From IMG/VR virus record IMGVR_UViG_3300044953_000352, positions 15,240 through 79,239 of that record: 64,000 bases of DNA; one strand, 5' to 3'. Every line of letters starts with the position of its first letter. Within the stretch, counting starts at the first letter, position 1. The notes below the pieces were generated by a model that was not told where the DNA came from, did no database searches, and saw nothing but the letters and a program-made list of their open reading frames with translations. This DNA is from a virus. The position numbers and the translations under genes are program-made. Of this stretch, positions 30,228 to 40,984 are shown in pieces.

Positions 30228-31099
30228 AGTTATTTTCAAATTTTAGACCAGAAAGTTGTCATACATATGACAAAGTAAAAAAGGTATGTGAAAACAAACC
30301 TGTTACTATATTTTATGACTATATACCAAAAAGCATAAATGAACTAAATATAAATCCATATAATTTTATAATTTTGGTTGAACCAGATGAATTTTTCGGA
30401 ATGCAATCATGGGTAAGACAAAATCATCATCTATTTACTGGAATTTTAACATGGAATGAAAAGCTATTCAAAGATTGTCCAAATGCAATCTTTTTTCATT
30501 ATATTGGTGATGGTGGCGCAGGAAATGTTAAACATAATTATTTAGAAGATTTTAATACACAATATCCAAATAAAGAGTTTGAAATTAGTTTTTTATGTGG
30601 AGCAAAATCACTAGTTCAAGGACATAAATTTAGGCAAGAAATATATAAAATTGGAGATAAAATAACAATCCCAAAAAAATGGTTTTATACATTACCTGAT
30701 TTTGATGCAGAAAACTTTAAAAAAGGTGGAGTAGGAAGACCAGATGATATATGGATACAAAAACAAATTTGTTATCAAAAGGCAATGTTTCATATAGGAG
30801 TGGAAAATGTTTATTATAATAACTGGTGTAACGAAAAGATTTGTGATGCATTTGCAACAAAAACAGTTCCTGTATATTGGGGATGTCCTAATTTAGGAGA
30901 TTTAGGTTATGATGAAAGAGGAATAATTAGATTTAATTCAACCGATGAATTAATTGAAAAAGTAAATAAATTAACTCCAGAGGATTATACTAATAGATTA
31001 CCTTATGTAGAATATAATTATCAATTGATTAAACATTATCGATTTGAAGATGTAATTGCGAGAATTTTTAAAGACTTTATAGAACAAAATAATATATGA
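30224..31099 (+). CDS. GT10 (alpha-1,3-fucosyltransferase)-like glycosyltransferase
   Basis: FHIGVEN...NEKICDAF...VPVYWG motif. Confidence 0.75.
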   Translation: MKLFSNFRPESCHTYDKVKKVCENKPVTIFYDYIPKSINELNINPYNFIILVEPDEFFGMQSWVRQNHHLFTGILTWNEKLFKDCPNAIFFHYIGDGGAGNVKHNYLEDFNTQYPNKEFEISFLCGAKSLVQGHKFRQEIYKIGDKITIPKKWFYTLPDFDAENFKKGGVGRPDDIWIQKQICYQKAMFHIGVENVYYNNWCNEKICDAFATKTVPVYWGCPNLGDLGYDERGIIRFNSTDELIEKVNKLTPEDYTNRLPYVEYNYQLIKHYRFEDVIARIFKDFIEQNNI

Positions 31100-31638
31100 A
31101 ACCTACTATAGTAAATAATATAAGCAATATAAAAGATTTGACTGTATTAAAAATAGATTCTTTCTATGATTATAGAGGAGAAAACATACAATCTTATGAC
31201 TCTACAGAATATAAAGAGTTAATAAACAATATTGAATTTACTACTGATTCGTTTTCGTTTTCTACAAAAAATGTTCTTAGAGGATTTCATGGTGATACAC
31301 AATCTTGGAAATTAATTCAATGCATTAGAGGAACAGTTTATTTTGCTGTAATTGATTTGAGACCCAATTCTCCAACATACGAGAATGTATTTACATGTAC
31401 ATTAAGTGATAAAAACCGCTGGCAAGTATTAGTTCCAAATGGTTGTGTTAATGCACATCTATGCATGTCTGATGATTGTATTTTTTCTTATAAACTATCA
31501 CATGGATATATTTCAATTGATAAACAGTTACATGTATTTTGGGATGATAGTAAATTTTTTCTTAAAATTAAATGGCCAATACAATTATCTCCAATTGTAT
31601 CTCACCGAGACAACTCATTTCAGTTCAGTGTAATATAA
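31096..31638 (+). CDS. rmlC: dTDP-4-dehydrorhamnose 3,5-epimerase family
   Basis: DYRG, NVLRGFH, KLIQCIRG, DLRPNSPTY, VPNGCVNAH. Confidence 0.88.
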   Translation: MKPTIVNNISNIKDLTVLKIDSFYDYRGENIQSYDSTEYKELINNIEFTTDSFSFSTKNVLRGFHGDTQSWKLIQCIRGTVYFAVIDLRPNSPTYENVFTCTLSDKNRWQVLVPNGCVNAHLCMSDDCIFSYKLSHGYISIDKQLHVFWDDSKFFLKIKWPIQLSPIVSHRDNSFQFSVI

Positions 31639-32142
31639 ATGAAACTCATAGTCACAGTATTAGAGCAAGAATTTCCATTTAGTAATAAATTTAATATCTT
31701 ATATACAGGTGTTGGAAAAATTAATGCAAGTATAATTTATTAGAATATTTAAACAGTCATAATAACGTAGATACTATTATAAATGTTGGAACTGCCGCTG
31801 GTATAAATTGTAAAAGAAATACAGTATTATCATGTGGTAAGTTTATTGAAGGAGATTTGGATTATCCAAGTTATACTCTTGATCCTATTATAGTTGATCC
31901 TAATTTAAAACAATTAGCCACGTCTGATTCATTTCAAACATCTTTACCAAATAGAATGTGTAATTGTATTGATATGGAGGGCATGCATTTGCAAAAATTT
32001 GTAAAATAAAGAAAATAAATTTTTTTGTTTTAAATATATATCAGATATAATAAGAGAACAAAATCAAGAAGATTCTTGGTTAGAAAACTACAAAAATGGT
32101 CGATTTCTTCTTAAAGAACATGTTATAAAAGTATATGAATAA
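31639..32142 (+). pseudogene. MTA/SAH nucleosidase (nucleoside phosphorylase fold) with about four frameshifts
   Basis: TGVGKINA, INVGTAAG, TSDSF, DMEG and KYISD fragments read in successive frames between ATG 31639 and TAA 32142. Confidence 0.7.
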
Positions 32143-33079
32143 AGTTTTAATTACTGGCGGGGCAGGATATTTAGGCTCTGTTTTAACAGAAACACTATTA
32201 AATGAAGGATATATAGTTACTATACTTGATAGTTTATTATATAAACAATTATCATTGAGTGGTTTTTGTAATAATAAAAATTTTAATTTTATACTAGGTG
32301 ATGTTAGAGATAATGTATTATTAGAAAAGCTAGTTAATGAAAATAATATTATTATACCACTTGCCGCTATTGTTGGAATGCCAGCATGCAAAGCAAATCC
32401 TCAAGCAACAATTGATATTAATTTAAATCAAATTAAAAATATTATTAAGTTTGCTAAAAACGATCCCACGAAAGAAATCATCTTGCCAAATACAAACAGT
32501 CAATATGGATCGTCAACCGAAATTATAACAGAAGAAAGTCCATTTAAACCTTTGTCTTTGTATGCTGAAACGAAATGCGATGCTGAAAAGGCATTATTAG
32601 ATTCTCACAACGGTATTGCTTTAAGACTCGCAACTGTTTTTGGAATGTCTTATAGAATGAGAATGGATTTGTTAGTAAATGATCTTGTTTATAAATCTAT
32701 AACAGATGGTTATTTAGTGCTATTCGAATCGCACTTCATTCGTAACTACATACACGTTCGTGATGTGGCCAATACATTTTTATTCATGATCAATAGATAC
32801 AATCAATGTAATAACTCAGCATATAATGTTGGATTGACAAGTGCTAACTGTAATAAACTAGAATTGGCAGAAACTATCAAAAAGTTTGTTCCGGAATTAG
32901 TTATCGTTCAAAATGAATTCAAAAAAGACCTTGATCAACGTAATTACAAAGTATCAAATGCAAAATTAGAATCTTTAGGGTGGTCCGCAAAAAATTCTCT
33001 TGAAGACGGTATCCAAGAATTGCTAAAAGGATATCAAATGATTGTAAAATTTAAAAATAAAGATTTTACTAATTTGTAA
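32135..33079 (+). CDS. NAD-dependent epimerase/dehydratase
   Basis: TGGAGYLG, LAAIVG, YAETK, LRLATVFG, RNYIHVRD. Confidence 0.9.
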   Translation: MNKVLITGGAGYLGSVLTETLLNEGYIVTILDSLLYKQLSLSGFCNNKNFNFILGDVRDNVLLEKLVNENNIIIPLAAIVGMPACKANPQATIDINLNQIKNIIKFAKNDPTKEIILPNTNSQYGSSTEIITEESPFKPLSLYAETKCDAEKALLDSHNGIALRLATVFGMSYRMRMDLLVNDLVYKSITDGYLVLFESHFIRNYIHVRDVANTFLFMINRYNQCNNSAYNVGLTSANCNKLELAETIKKFVPELVIVQNEFKKDLDQRNYKVSNAKLESLGWSAKNSLEDGIQELLKGYQMIVKFKNKDFTNL

Positions 33080-33080
33080 T

Positions 33081-34043
33081 ATGGATAAAAAACTTTTGGT
33101 TATTTATAATATTTGCGGAATTAAACGCAATAACATTGAAATGTGGGTCAATCATTTAACCGACATTCTAAATCAAAATTATAGCAATTTTATTGTAGCA
33201 GTTTCAGGCTGTATTGTAGCTGAAGAAGCTAAATCACAACTTATAGAATTAAAAAATAAATATAAAAATTTAGTGTTTAATTTTACCGAAGAAAAGTTGC
33301 CTGTTAACATTACTTTTAATCATACTGCTCAAGTTTGTACAAATAAATTTGGAATATTTGATGGTTATATGTATGTTGCGTCTGATGTTAAATTTGGTAA
33401 CGATCAAGAAGTTTTGAAAAAAATGTCTACACTACATTTTAATTCAAACAGCGGAATGACATATGCAATGGTAGATAATGATCATGGATTAGATGGATGG
33501 TATAAAGAATGTTGGGAAGAACTAAATACCCTATTAGAAACAGATCATTTTTGTATTAATATTGGAAAAACTGCAAACATGCATGTTATTTTATTTGATA
33601 AAGACATTTATATCAAATACGCAAATAAAATTGTTCCTAATATTTTTGCATCTCATTGTACTGAAACTACTTATACCTATTTGACTGCTGCAATAAATAA
33701 AAAAGTTACAGTACATAATAAAACTGTTATGTTAAAACATATTGGATTTGCAGATAGTCATAGTGTTGGATTTATGGATGAAATTGGATGGAATCATAAA
33801 GTTGCATGGAAACATTTATTCAAATCTAAAATACCAGTTGAAGATAGATTATTATCAAATGAAGCAAAAAATGTAGGGTTTGGTTATGTAGATTTTTATG
33901 GCGGATTTTCTCATTCTTCAGAGTTATATGATGATAATGAAAATCACAAAAATCCAGAAAATCTTTTTAAATTCTTAAAAGACGCATTATATCTTTCAGA
34001 AGACGAATTTAACTACAATCAAATTTCTTACAATCTTATTTAA
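33081..34043 (+). CDS. Hypothetical protein, possibly GT-A-like
   Basis: ILNQNY, TFN, YVASDV; operon context. Confidence 0.5.
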   Translation: MDKKLLVIYNICGIKRNNIEMWVNHLTDILNQNYSNFIVAVSGCIVAEEAKSQLIELKNKYKNLVFNFTEEKLPVNITFNHTAQVCTNKFGIFDGYMYVASDVKFGNDQEVLKKMSTLHFNSNSGMTYAMVDNDHGLDGWYKECWEELNTLLETDHFCINIGKTANMHVILFDKDIYIKYANKIVPNIFASHCTETTYTYLTAAINKKVTVHNKTVMLKHIGFADSHSVGFMDEIGWNHKVAWKHLFKSKIPVEDRLLSNEAKNVGFGYVDFYGGFSHSSELYDDNENHKNPENLFKFLKDALYLSEDEFNYNQISYNLI

Positions 34044-34053
34044 ATAAACTTAT

Positions 34054-35592
34054 ATGGATGTATTATTTATAAATCCCGGAAACGCACGAGTAATTTATCA
34101 AAACTTAGAAAAAGATTATTCTGCTATTGAACCTCCTACTTGGGCACTTTTATTAGCCGAATCTTGTCGATCCATAGGAAAAACTGTTAGTATTTTAGAT
34201 ATAAACGCTGAAAGACTCTCTGTCGAACAATCATATGAAAGAATTGTAAATATAAATCCTAAATTAATATGTTTTGTTGTATATGGACAAAATGTTAATG
34301 CTGGTACTACAAATATGAGTGGTGCAGTTGAGTTATCCAAGTATATAAAATTGCATAATAAAAATATACCAATCGCGTTTATAGGATCATATGTACAAGC
34401 TCTTCCTAAGAAGACATTGTTTGATGAAAAATCAATAGATATTGTATTTACTAACGAAGGTGTTTATGCATTAAGAAATTTACTTTCTCAAGACAAAATT
34501 GACTTAAATAACTTAGACCATATTAAAGGTATTGGATGGAGAAAAAATGGGTTTCCTACTTTAAATCCTCCAGAATTTGTAGTGCCGCAAGATAGATTAG
34601 ACACCGATTTACCGGGATATGCATGGGACTTATTACCATATAAAGAAACACCATTGGATTTATATCGTTCTCCAATGTGGCATGCTGAATATGATCCTAA
34701 AAAACGTACTCCATATGCTGCTATACAGACTTCATTAGGATGTAAATTCGGCTGTGATTTTTGTATGATAAACATACTAAATAGAAATGATAATGAAGAA
34801 ATCGGAGTAGCATCAAATTACAGTTTAATGAGATATTGGTCTCCTGAATTCATTATAAGAGAATTTGATAAATTAGTAAAAATGGAAGTTGAAACTATTC
34901 GTATTATCGATGAATTGTTTTTACTTAACAAAAAACATTATGTTCCATTGTGTGAAATGCTAAAAGAAAGAGGTTATGGTAAATTCTTAAGAATGTGGGC
35001 ATATTCACGTATTGATACTGTATGTAATCCAGAACTTCTTAAGTTAGTAAGAGAAGCGGGTATTAAATGGTTGTGTTTAGGAATAGAAAGTGGAGACAGA
35101 AACATACGTTTAGAAGTCTCAAAAGGCAAGTTTCAAGATGTTGATATTAAAAAGATAGTAGAGCAAATTCATGCGAATGATATTGAGATAATGGGAAATT
35201 ATATATTTGGGTTGCCGGGAGATAGTATTGATAGTATGCAAACAACTCTAAATCTATCAAAAGAATTATGTACATCTGGATGGAATGCATATACAGCAAT
35301 GGCATTGCCGGGAAGCAAATTGTATAAAGATGCTATAGACAAAGGACTCAATATTCCCAAAAAATATGAAGAGTTTTCATTTCATTCATATGAAACACTT
35401 CCATTGCCTACAGAACATTTAACTCCTGCTGAAATTGTAAAATTTAGAGATAATGCATTTGATGAATATCATTCAAATTCTTTATTTCTGGAAAGAATAG
35501 AAAAAAGATTTGGAGAAGTAGCGGTAAACTCTATAAGAAAAATGTTAAAATTTAAATTAAAACGCAAGATTGTTGAGGAATCAAATAAATAA
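34054..35592 (+). CDS. Cobalamin-binding radical SAM enzyme (class B methyltransferase-like)
   Basis: N-terminal B12-binding domain (EPPTW...LA), CKFGCDFC (CxxxCxxC), GIESG, FGLPGD, LPGS. Confidence 0.92.
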   Translation: MDVLFINPGNARVIYQNLEKDYSAIEPPTWALLLAESCRSIGKTVSILDINAERLSVEQSYERIVNINPKLICFVVYGQNVNAGTTNMSGAVELSKYIKLHNKNIPIAFIGSYVQALPKKTLFDEKSIDIVFTNEGVYALRNLLSQDKIDLNNLDHIKGIGWRKNGFPTLNPPEFVVPQDRLDTDLPGYAWDLLPYKETPLDLYRSPMWHAEYDPKKRTPYAAIQTSLGCKFGCDFCMINILNRNDNEEIGVASNYSLMRYWSPEFIIREFDKLVKMEVETIRIIDELFLLNKKHYVPLCEMLKERGYGKFLRMWAYSRIDTVCNPELLKLVREAGIKWLCLGIESGDRNIRLEVSKGKFQDVDIKKIVEQIHANDIEIMGNYIFGLPGDSIDSMQTTLNLSKELCTSGWNAYTAMALPGSKLYKDAIDKGLNIPKKYEEFSFHSYETLPLPTEHLTPAEIVKFRDNAFDEYHSNSLFLERIEKRFGEVAVNSIRKMLKFKLKRKIVEESNK

Positions 35593-35598
35593 TTTTCT

Positions 35599-36204
35599 AT
35601 GAAAGAATATACATCAGAAGAATTAATCGCATTTGAAGAAGATATTGCGAATGAATTCAATTCATCAAAAATAAAAGCACCTATTCATTTATATAATGGA
35701 AATGAACAACAAATGATAAATGTGTTTAAAAATATTCAAGATAATAATTGGATATTTTGTACATGGAGATCACATTATCAATGTTTATTAAAAGGTGTTC
35801 CTAAAGAACTTGTAAAACAAGATATATTAAATGGTAAATCTATTACTTTATGTTATCCTGAATACAACATCTATTCGTCTGCGATTGTAGCAGGTAGTAT
35901 TCCTATTGCAACAGGTATGGCATTAGATATAAAACGTAAAAATTTATCAAATAGAGTTTGGTGTTTTGTGGGTGATATGGCATCAGAAACTGGTACATTC
36001 TTTGAAAATTGGAAATATTCAGTAAATCATGATCTTCCTATAACATACGTTATAGAAAACAATGGTAAGTCAGTGTGTACTGATACACTAAAAACGTGGA
36101 ACTGTAATAATTTATATTTTGCAAATGAAACACGTAATATAATATATTACGAATATCAAACTAAGTATCCACATGCGGGAGCAGGAAAAAGAATTCAATT
36201 TTAA
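35599..36204 (+). CDS. ThDP-dependent dehydrogenase E1 alpha-like subunit
   Basis: PIHL, WRSHY, GDMASETG...ENN. Confidence 0.85.
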   Translation: MKEYTSEELIAFEEDIANEFNSSKIKAPIHLYNGNEQQMINVFKNIQDNNWIFCTWRSHYQCLLKGVPKELVKQDILNGKSITLCYPEYNIYSSAIVAGSIPIATGMALDIKRKNLSNRVWCFVGDMASETGTFFENWKYSVNHDLPITYVIENNGKSVCTDTLKTWNCNNLYFANETRNIIYYEYQTKYPHAGAGKRIQF

Positions 36205-36206
36205 TT

Positions 36207-36743
36207 ATGAAATACTTTGACGAACTTAAAAAATCGATGGATTGGTTGGCAGGAAAAGACGATACCTTATTTTTAGGTCAAGCAGTAGAATATGCAGGAA
36301 CTGCTATGACAAATACATTAAAAGATGTAGATAAAAAGAAGTTGTTAGAAATGCCAGTTAATGAAGACATGCAAATGGGAATTTCTATTGGAATGGCTCT
36401 AAACAAAAGTGTTCCGATTTCTATTTTTCCAAGATGGAACTTTTTACTTCTTGCCGCAAATCAAATTGTAAATCATTTGGACAAAGCGAAAATAATGTCA
36501 TCTGGAGGATATAAACCAACGGTTATCATTAGAACATCTATAGGTTCACAACGCCCACTACATCCACAACATCAACATATATCAGATTTTACATCTGCTT
36601 TCAGAGCAATGTGTGATACAGTTGATATAATTCGTCTTGATGAACCACATCAAATTTTTGAATCATTTCAATATGCATATGAAAGAAATGATGGAAGATC
36701 AACCATTTTAGTTGAATGGGGAGATTATTATAGTGAAAAATAA
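36207..36743 (+). CDS. E1 beta/transketolase pyrimidine-binding subunit (short, no C-terminal domain)
   Basis: FLGQ, EMPVNE...GMAL, NQIVN, QH. Confidence 0.85.
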   Translation: MKYFDELKKSMDWLAGKDDTLFLGQAVEYAGTAMTNTLKDVDKKKLLEMPVNEDMQMGISIGMALNKSVPISIFPRWNFLLLAANQIVNHLDKAKIMSSGGYKPTVIIRTSIGSQRPLHPQHQHISDFTSAFRAMCDTVDIIRLDEPHQIFESFQYAYERNDGRSTILVEWGDYYSEK

Positions 36744-36745
36744 GT

Positions 36746-37708
36746 ATGACAATTGTAAAATCACCATTTCGAATATCCTTGTTTGGAGGAAGTACTGATT
36801 ATAAAAAATTTTATCAGCAACATGGTTCTTTTTTAATAGGTACGACTATTAATAAATATTGTTATTTATCTATGAGATATCGTCCGTCGATACTCTCAAA
36901 ACAATATTTGTGTACATATTCAAAGTATGAGTTGGTAAACAATGTCAACGAAATTCAAAATCCACTAATAAGAGAAACTTTTAATTATTTTAATATAAAT
37001 AAACCAGTTGAGTTTTTTTCTTTTTCTGATATACCGGCTCGTACTGGTTTAGGAGGATCTTCTTCATATTGTATAGGAATGGCATATTTGATTTGTAAAT
37101 TAAATAATCTATCTTTATCAAACAAAGAAATTATTAAAACAGCTATTCACATTGAACGAAATATATTAAAAGAAAGTGGAGGTATACAAGATCAAATTTG
37201 GCCATTTGCAAAAGGTCTAAATAGCATTGAAATTCAAAAAGATGGTGAATTTTATACAAAACCTTTACCTGTTACAGAAGAATTTACAAATGAATTTGAA
37301 AAATCATTCACTTTAATATACACAGACGAACAAAGAACAACGGACAATATTGCTAAGTCACATGAAAGTGATATTGAAAATAAATTACAGATTTTAAAAT
37401 TTGCAAAAGATGCATATAATTTATTTTTAAAAGAAGATATAAAGGGTATAGGAAATTTAGTTTATGAAAGTTGGTTATATAAAGATAGAATATCTCCTTT
37501 GATATCTAATTCAAAAATTAATAATATAATTAATGATGTAATGCAAATGGGTGCATATGGTACAAAGTTATTAGGAAGTGGAGGATGTGGATTTGTATTG
37601 GTAATATCTGATCCTATAATAAAAAATAAAATAGAACAGAAATATAACGGATATGTATTGAACGTTAATTTTGAAAAAACAGGTACGTCTGACATATTTA
37701 AAAGCTAA
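36746..37708 (+). CDS. hddA: GHMP sugar kinase, D-glycero-D-manno-heptose-7-phosphate kinase-like
   Basis: PFRISLFGGSTD, DIPARTGLGGSSS, GIQDQ, KLLGSGGCGF. Confidence 0.85.
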   Translation: MTIVKSPFRISLFGGSTDYKKFYQQHGSFLIGTTINKYCYLSMRYRPSILSKQYLCTYSKYELVNNVNEIQNPLIRETFNYFNINKPVEFFSFSDIPARTGLGGSSSYCIGMAYLICKLNNLSLSNKEIIKTAIHIERNILKESGGIQDQIWPFAKGLNSIEIQKDGEFYTKPLPVTEEFTNEFEKSFTLIYTDEQRTTDNIAKSHESDIENKLQILKFAKDAYNLFLKEDIKGIGNLVYESWLYKDRISPLISNSKINNIINDVMQMGAYGTKLLGSGGCGFVLVISDPIIKNKIEQKYNGYVLNVNFEKTGTSDIFKS

Positions 37709-37710
37709 GT

Positions 37711-38133
37711 ATGAAAATTGGAATTGTATCAGGTTATTTTAATCCACTACATGCAGGTCACGTTGAATACATCAACGCTGCAAAAAAAGAATGTGATAAA
37801 TTGATCGTTATTATCAATAGCGACTATCAAAGAAAATTAAAAGGAAGTAAAGAATTTATGGACGAATCTCATAGATCTTTTATTGTAAATAATTTAAAAT
37901 CTGTTGATGAAACTTTTATATCTATAGATCAAGATAAAACACAATGTAGTACATTAAGATATTTTAGAGATTTGTATCCAAATGAAGAATTAAAGTTCAT
38001 GAATAGTGGAGATAGAAAAGGTGAAAATTTAGTCACCGCTGAAAGTAATGTTTGCAAAGAATTAAAAATACTTGAAATTATTCTAGATTTGCCTAAAATA
38101 TACTCATCGAGTAAATTATTGAAAAAACTATAA
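37711..38133 (+). CDS. Cytidylyltransferase-like nucleotidyltransferase (HxGH)
   Basis: SGYFNPLHAGH, GDR, SSS. Confidence 0.88.
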   Translation: MKIGIVSGYFNPLHAGHVEYINAAKKECDKLIVIINSDYQRKLKGSKEFMDESHRSFIVNNLKSVDETFISIDQDKTQCSTLRYFRDLYPNEELKFMNSGDRKGENLVTAESNVCKELKILEIILDLPKIYSSSKLLKKL

Positions 38134-38138
38134 ATAAT

Positions 38139-39314
38139 ATGAATCACTTTTATTTACCTCTAATGGAGGACAACATCGATAAAGAAGACATTAAAAATTT
38201 AATAAATTTTCTTTCAAGTCCAAATATACCAAAATTAACAAATGGTCCTAAAGTTGTTGAATTTGAAAATGCATGGGGCAATTGGTTAGGAACAAAATAT
38301 AACTTGATGGTCAATAGCGGAGCGTCTGCTAATGAATTAACTATTCTTGCATTAAATGAAATGTATGAAGATGGAGATATTATAATACCTCCGTTGACAT
38401 GGATTTCAGATGTATCTTCTGTTATTTTTAGTAAATTTAATCCAGTATTTTGTGATATAAATTTAAAAAATTTATCGTTTGATTTGAACCGTCTTAAAAA
38501 ATTAATCACACCAAAAACACGAGCAATTTTTCTAACCCATGTATTAGGTATTAATGGATTGACAGATGAACTACTTGATCTTTGTAAACGAAATAACATT
38601 CACTTGATAGAAGATGTATGTGAATCACACGGAACAACTTTCAAAGGTAAAAAGGTAGGATCATATGGATTTGTAAGTAATTTTAGTTTTTATTTTGCCC
38701 ACCATATGTCTACAATTGAAGGTGGTATGATTTGTACTGATGATGAAAGATTTTATCAAATTTGTAGAGCATTGAGATCGCATGGAATGATTAGAGAAAT
38801 GACTAATGAATCCATGAAAAATGAAATCATTAATCAACATCCTGATCTTAATAAAGATTTTATATTTTTGCGTCCGTCTCATAATTTTAGAAGTACAGAA
38901 ATCAATGCAGTGATTGGTCTTTCTCAATTACCAAAATTAGATAGTAATAATAAAAAGAGAATTGATAATTACAATTACTTCATGAGTAAATTAGATTCTT
39001 CAAAGTATATTACAGATCTAAATTTAGAGGGACAGTGCAATTATGCGTTTACCGTTATTTTGAAAGAACCTTCGATGGTTACTAGACTAAATATAGAATT
39101 ACGCTTAAAAGAAGCAAAAATTGAATTTAGAAGAGGAATGTCAGGTGGTGGAAACCAACTTCGTCAACCATATATCAAAAAATACTTTAAGATTGATTAT
39201 AATGAATTTCCAAACGTAGAACATGTACACGATTTTAGTTGGTATATAGGAAATTATCCTAGCTTACAATTTGAGAAAATTGATACTCTAATTAACGTAT
39301 TAAATAAAATATAA
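38139..39314 (+). CDS. DegT/DnrJ-family PLP enzyme with active-site His (ColD-like 3-dehydratase)
   Basis: NSGASAN, EDVCESHG, SFYFAHHMSTIEGG; lacks the RfbH Fe-S cysteine insert. Confidence 0.8.
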   Translation: MNHFYLPLMEDNIDKEDIKNLINFLSSPNIPKLTNGPKVVEFENAWGNWLGTKYNLMVNSGASANELTILALNEMYEDGDIIIPPLTWISDVSSVIFSKFNPVFCDINLKNLSFDLNRLKKLITPKTRAIFLTHVLGINGLTDELLDLCKRNNIHLIEDVCESHGTTFKGKKVGSYGFVSNFSFYFAHHMSTIEGGMICTDDERFYQICRALRSHGMIREMTNESMKNEIINQHPDLNKDFIFLRPSHNFRSTEINAVIGLSQLPKLDSNNKKRIDNYNYFMSKLDSSKYITDLNLEGQCNYAFTVILKEPSMVTRLNIELRLKEAKIEFRRGMSGGGNQLRQPYIKKYFKIDYNEFPNVEHVHDFSWYIGNYPSLQFEKIDTLINVLNKI

Positions 39315-39316
39315 TT

Positions 39317-40984
39317 ATGGCTAAAAAAATAGTACCTTCTTTAGGAGAAGTAGAATTAACACAAGATTTCTCAAGTGATGCATTTGAATTTCTTCATCAG
39401 AACTTTAAAAAACTAATACCAAAAAATACTGTGGTATTAGATATTGGAGCGCATATAGGAATATTTTCTGTTATTTTTGGTTCTTGTGCAAGTAAAGTTA
39501 TATCATTTGAACCGAATCCTAATATTTTCAATAAATTATCAGAGAACGCATCAAAAAATAAACAATTAAATATTATTCCATATCCATATGCATGTACGTC
39601 TGAAAATAAAAAATACACATTTAATTACAGTGATTATAATGTATACAAAGATGGTACAAATGGTGGATTTTTAAGTAATTTACAAAGAACAGACTTTTTA
39701 CAAATACATCCTTCTCAAGTAGAAGTTGATGGTGTTAATTTAGTTGATTTTTTAACTAATAATCATAAATCAGACATCGATAATATTAAATTTATAAAAA
39801 TTGATACTGAAGGATATGATAAAGAAGTGATAAAAACTCTTTATCCTATTATTAATAAAAATAGACCTCTTTTAATGACAGAAGCCTTTAAATATTTAAC
39901 CGAAGCTGAATTAGAAGACTATTATAATACTATTAATAATTTAAATTATTCTATATATGATATTTCTCCATTAGACAATATTAATGATTGTGCTGGACCA
40001 TTAGATACAAATGAATTTAAATATTTTACTGTAAAAATATGTGATAATGGAAATTTTTTGTGCGTTCCAAATGAAAAAGTTAAACAATATAACTTGCCCG
40101 AAATAGTTCGTAATAAAACTGCGGTTGTAGTATTTGGAAGAAACGATGGATATAAAGAACCTGAACGTTTCTATGTTCATATAAAAACAATGTTAGATAC
40201 ATTCGATGAAGTTATTTACGTTGATTGGAATTCAGACAAACAAAGTTTCTTATATGAAATAAAAGACAAACTTCCAAAAACTAATAGACTAAAACATATT
40301 GTTATTCCTCCCACCGCAGCTAATCAATTAGTCAATTTTGATTCTAAAGCTCAGGTATGTAATTCAGTGTTGTCATTTAATATTGGTATTCGTAGAATTG
40401 ACGCAGAATACATAGTACTAGCAACAACTGATATTATACCTCCTTCAAAAGAAACTCTACAACAGTTCATAAACAAAACTAATAAATACTCATTTTATAC
40501 ACTTAGTAGAAGAGATATAGAATATAAAGACGTTATTGACAATATTAATAACTTAGAAGCGTATAGAAAACATTTGGATTTAACTGTTCCTCCACGTTAT
40601 TTTCCGGCTAAAGTAACTCCTAATGATAATTATAGTCTATTTAATTGTTGCGGAGATTTTCAATTTGCAACAAAAAATATATGGCTAAAAATTAGAGGAT
40701 ATGAAGAAGAAATGTTATATGCATGTTTTTGTGATACAAATGTACAAAAAAAGGCAGTTCTATATGGATTTCAATTAGTACCTGTTTATGATGTTCCTTT
40801 ATATCACATGAGTCATACAGGCATGGCTAACGATGGAACATCTCCTAGTAAACAGTACTATAATGATGCTATGAAGTGGGTTGAATATTTTGATAAATAT
40901 CAATTACACGGTCATATTATGTATTCTAGAAATAATGAAACTTGGGGATTTTCAGACATAGAAATTGAGCATGAAATTATATGA
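39317..40984 (+). CDS. FkbM-family methyltransferase fused to a GT-A-like domain
   Basis: LDIGAHIG, FEPNP, IKIDTEG; C-half GRNDGY, VDWNS, NIGIRR, GDFQ, GYEE. Confidence 0.8.
   Translation: MAKKIVPSLGEVELTQDFSSDAFEFLHQNFKKLIPKNTVVLDIGAHIGIFSVIFGSCASKVISFEPNPNIFNKLSENASKNKQLNIIPYPYACTSENKKYTFNYSDYNVYKDGTNGGFLSNLQRTDFLQIHPSQVEVDGVNLVDFLTNNHKSDIDNIKFIKIDTEGYDKEVIKTLYPIINKNRPLLMTEAFKYLTEAELEDYYNTINNLNYSIYDISPLDNINDCAGPLDTNEFKYFTVKICDNGNFLCVPNEKVKQYNLPEIVRNKTAVVVFGRNDGYKEPERFYVHIKTMLDTFDEVIYVDWNSDKQSFLYEIKDKLPKTNRLKHIVIPPTAANQLVNFDSKAQVCNSVLSFNIGIRRIDAEYIVLATTDIIPPSKETLQQFINKTNKYSFYTLSRRDIEYKDVIDNINNLEAYRKHLDLTVPPRYFPAKVTPNDNYSLFNCCGDFQFATKNIWLKIRGYEEEMLYACFCDTNVQKKAVLYGFQLVPVYDVPLYHMSHTGMANDGTSPSKQYYNDAMKWVEYFDKYQLHGHIMYSRNNETWGFSDIEIEHEII

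Noticed and set aside
23629-36743. Calling the ThDP enzymes ilvB and pdhA/pdhB (central-metabolism auxiliary genes)
   Set aside because: No ilvN/ilvC or E2/E3; the E1 subunits are truncated; all lie inside an NDP-sugar cluster
38139-39314. Sugar aminotransferase call
   Set aside because: The Schiff-base Lys position is His (AHH), as in ColD/E1 dehydratases
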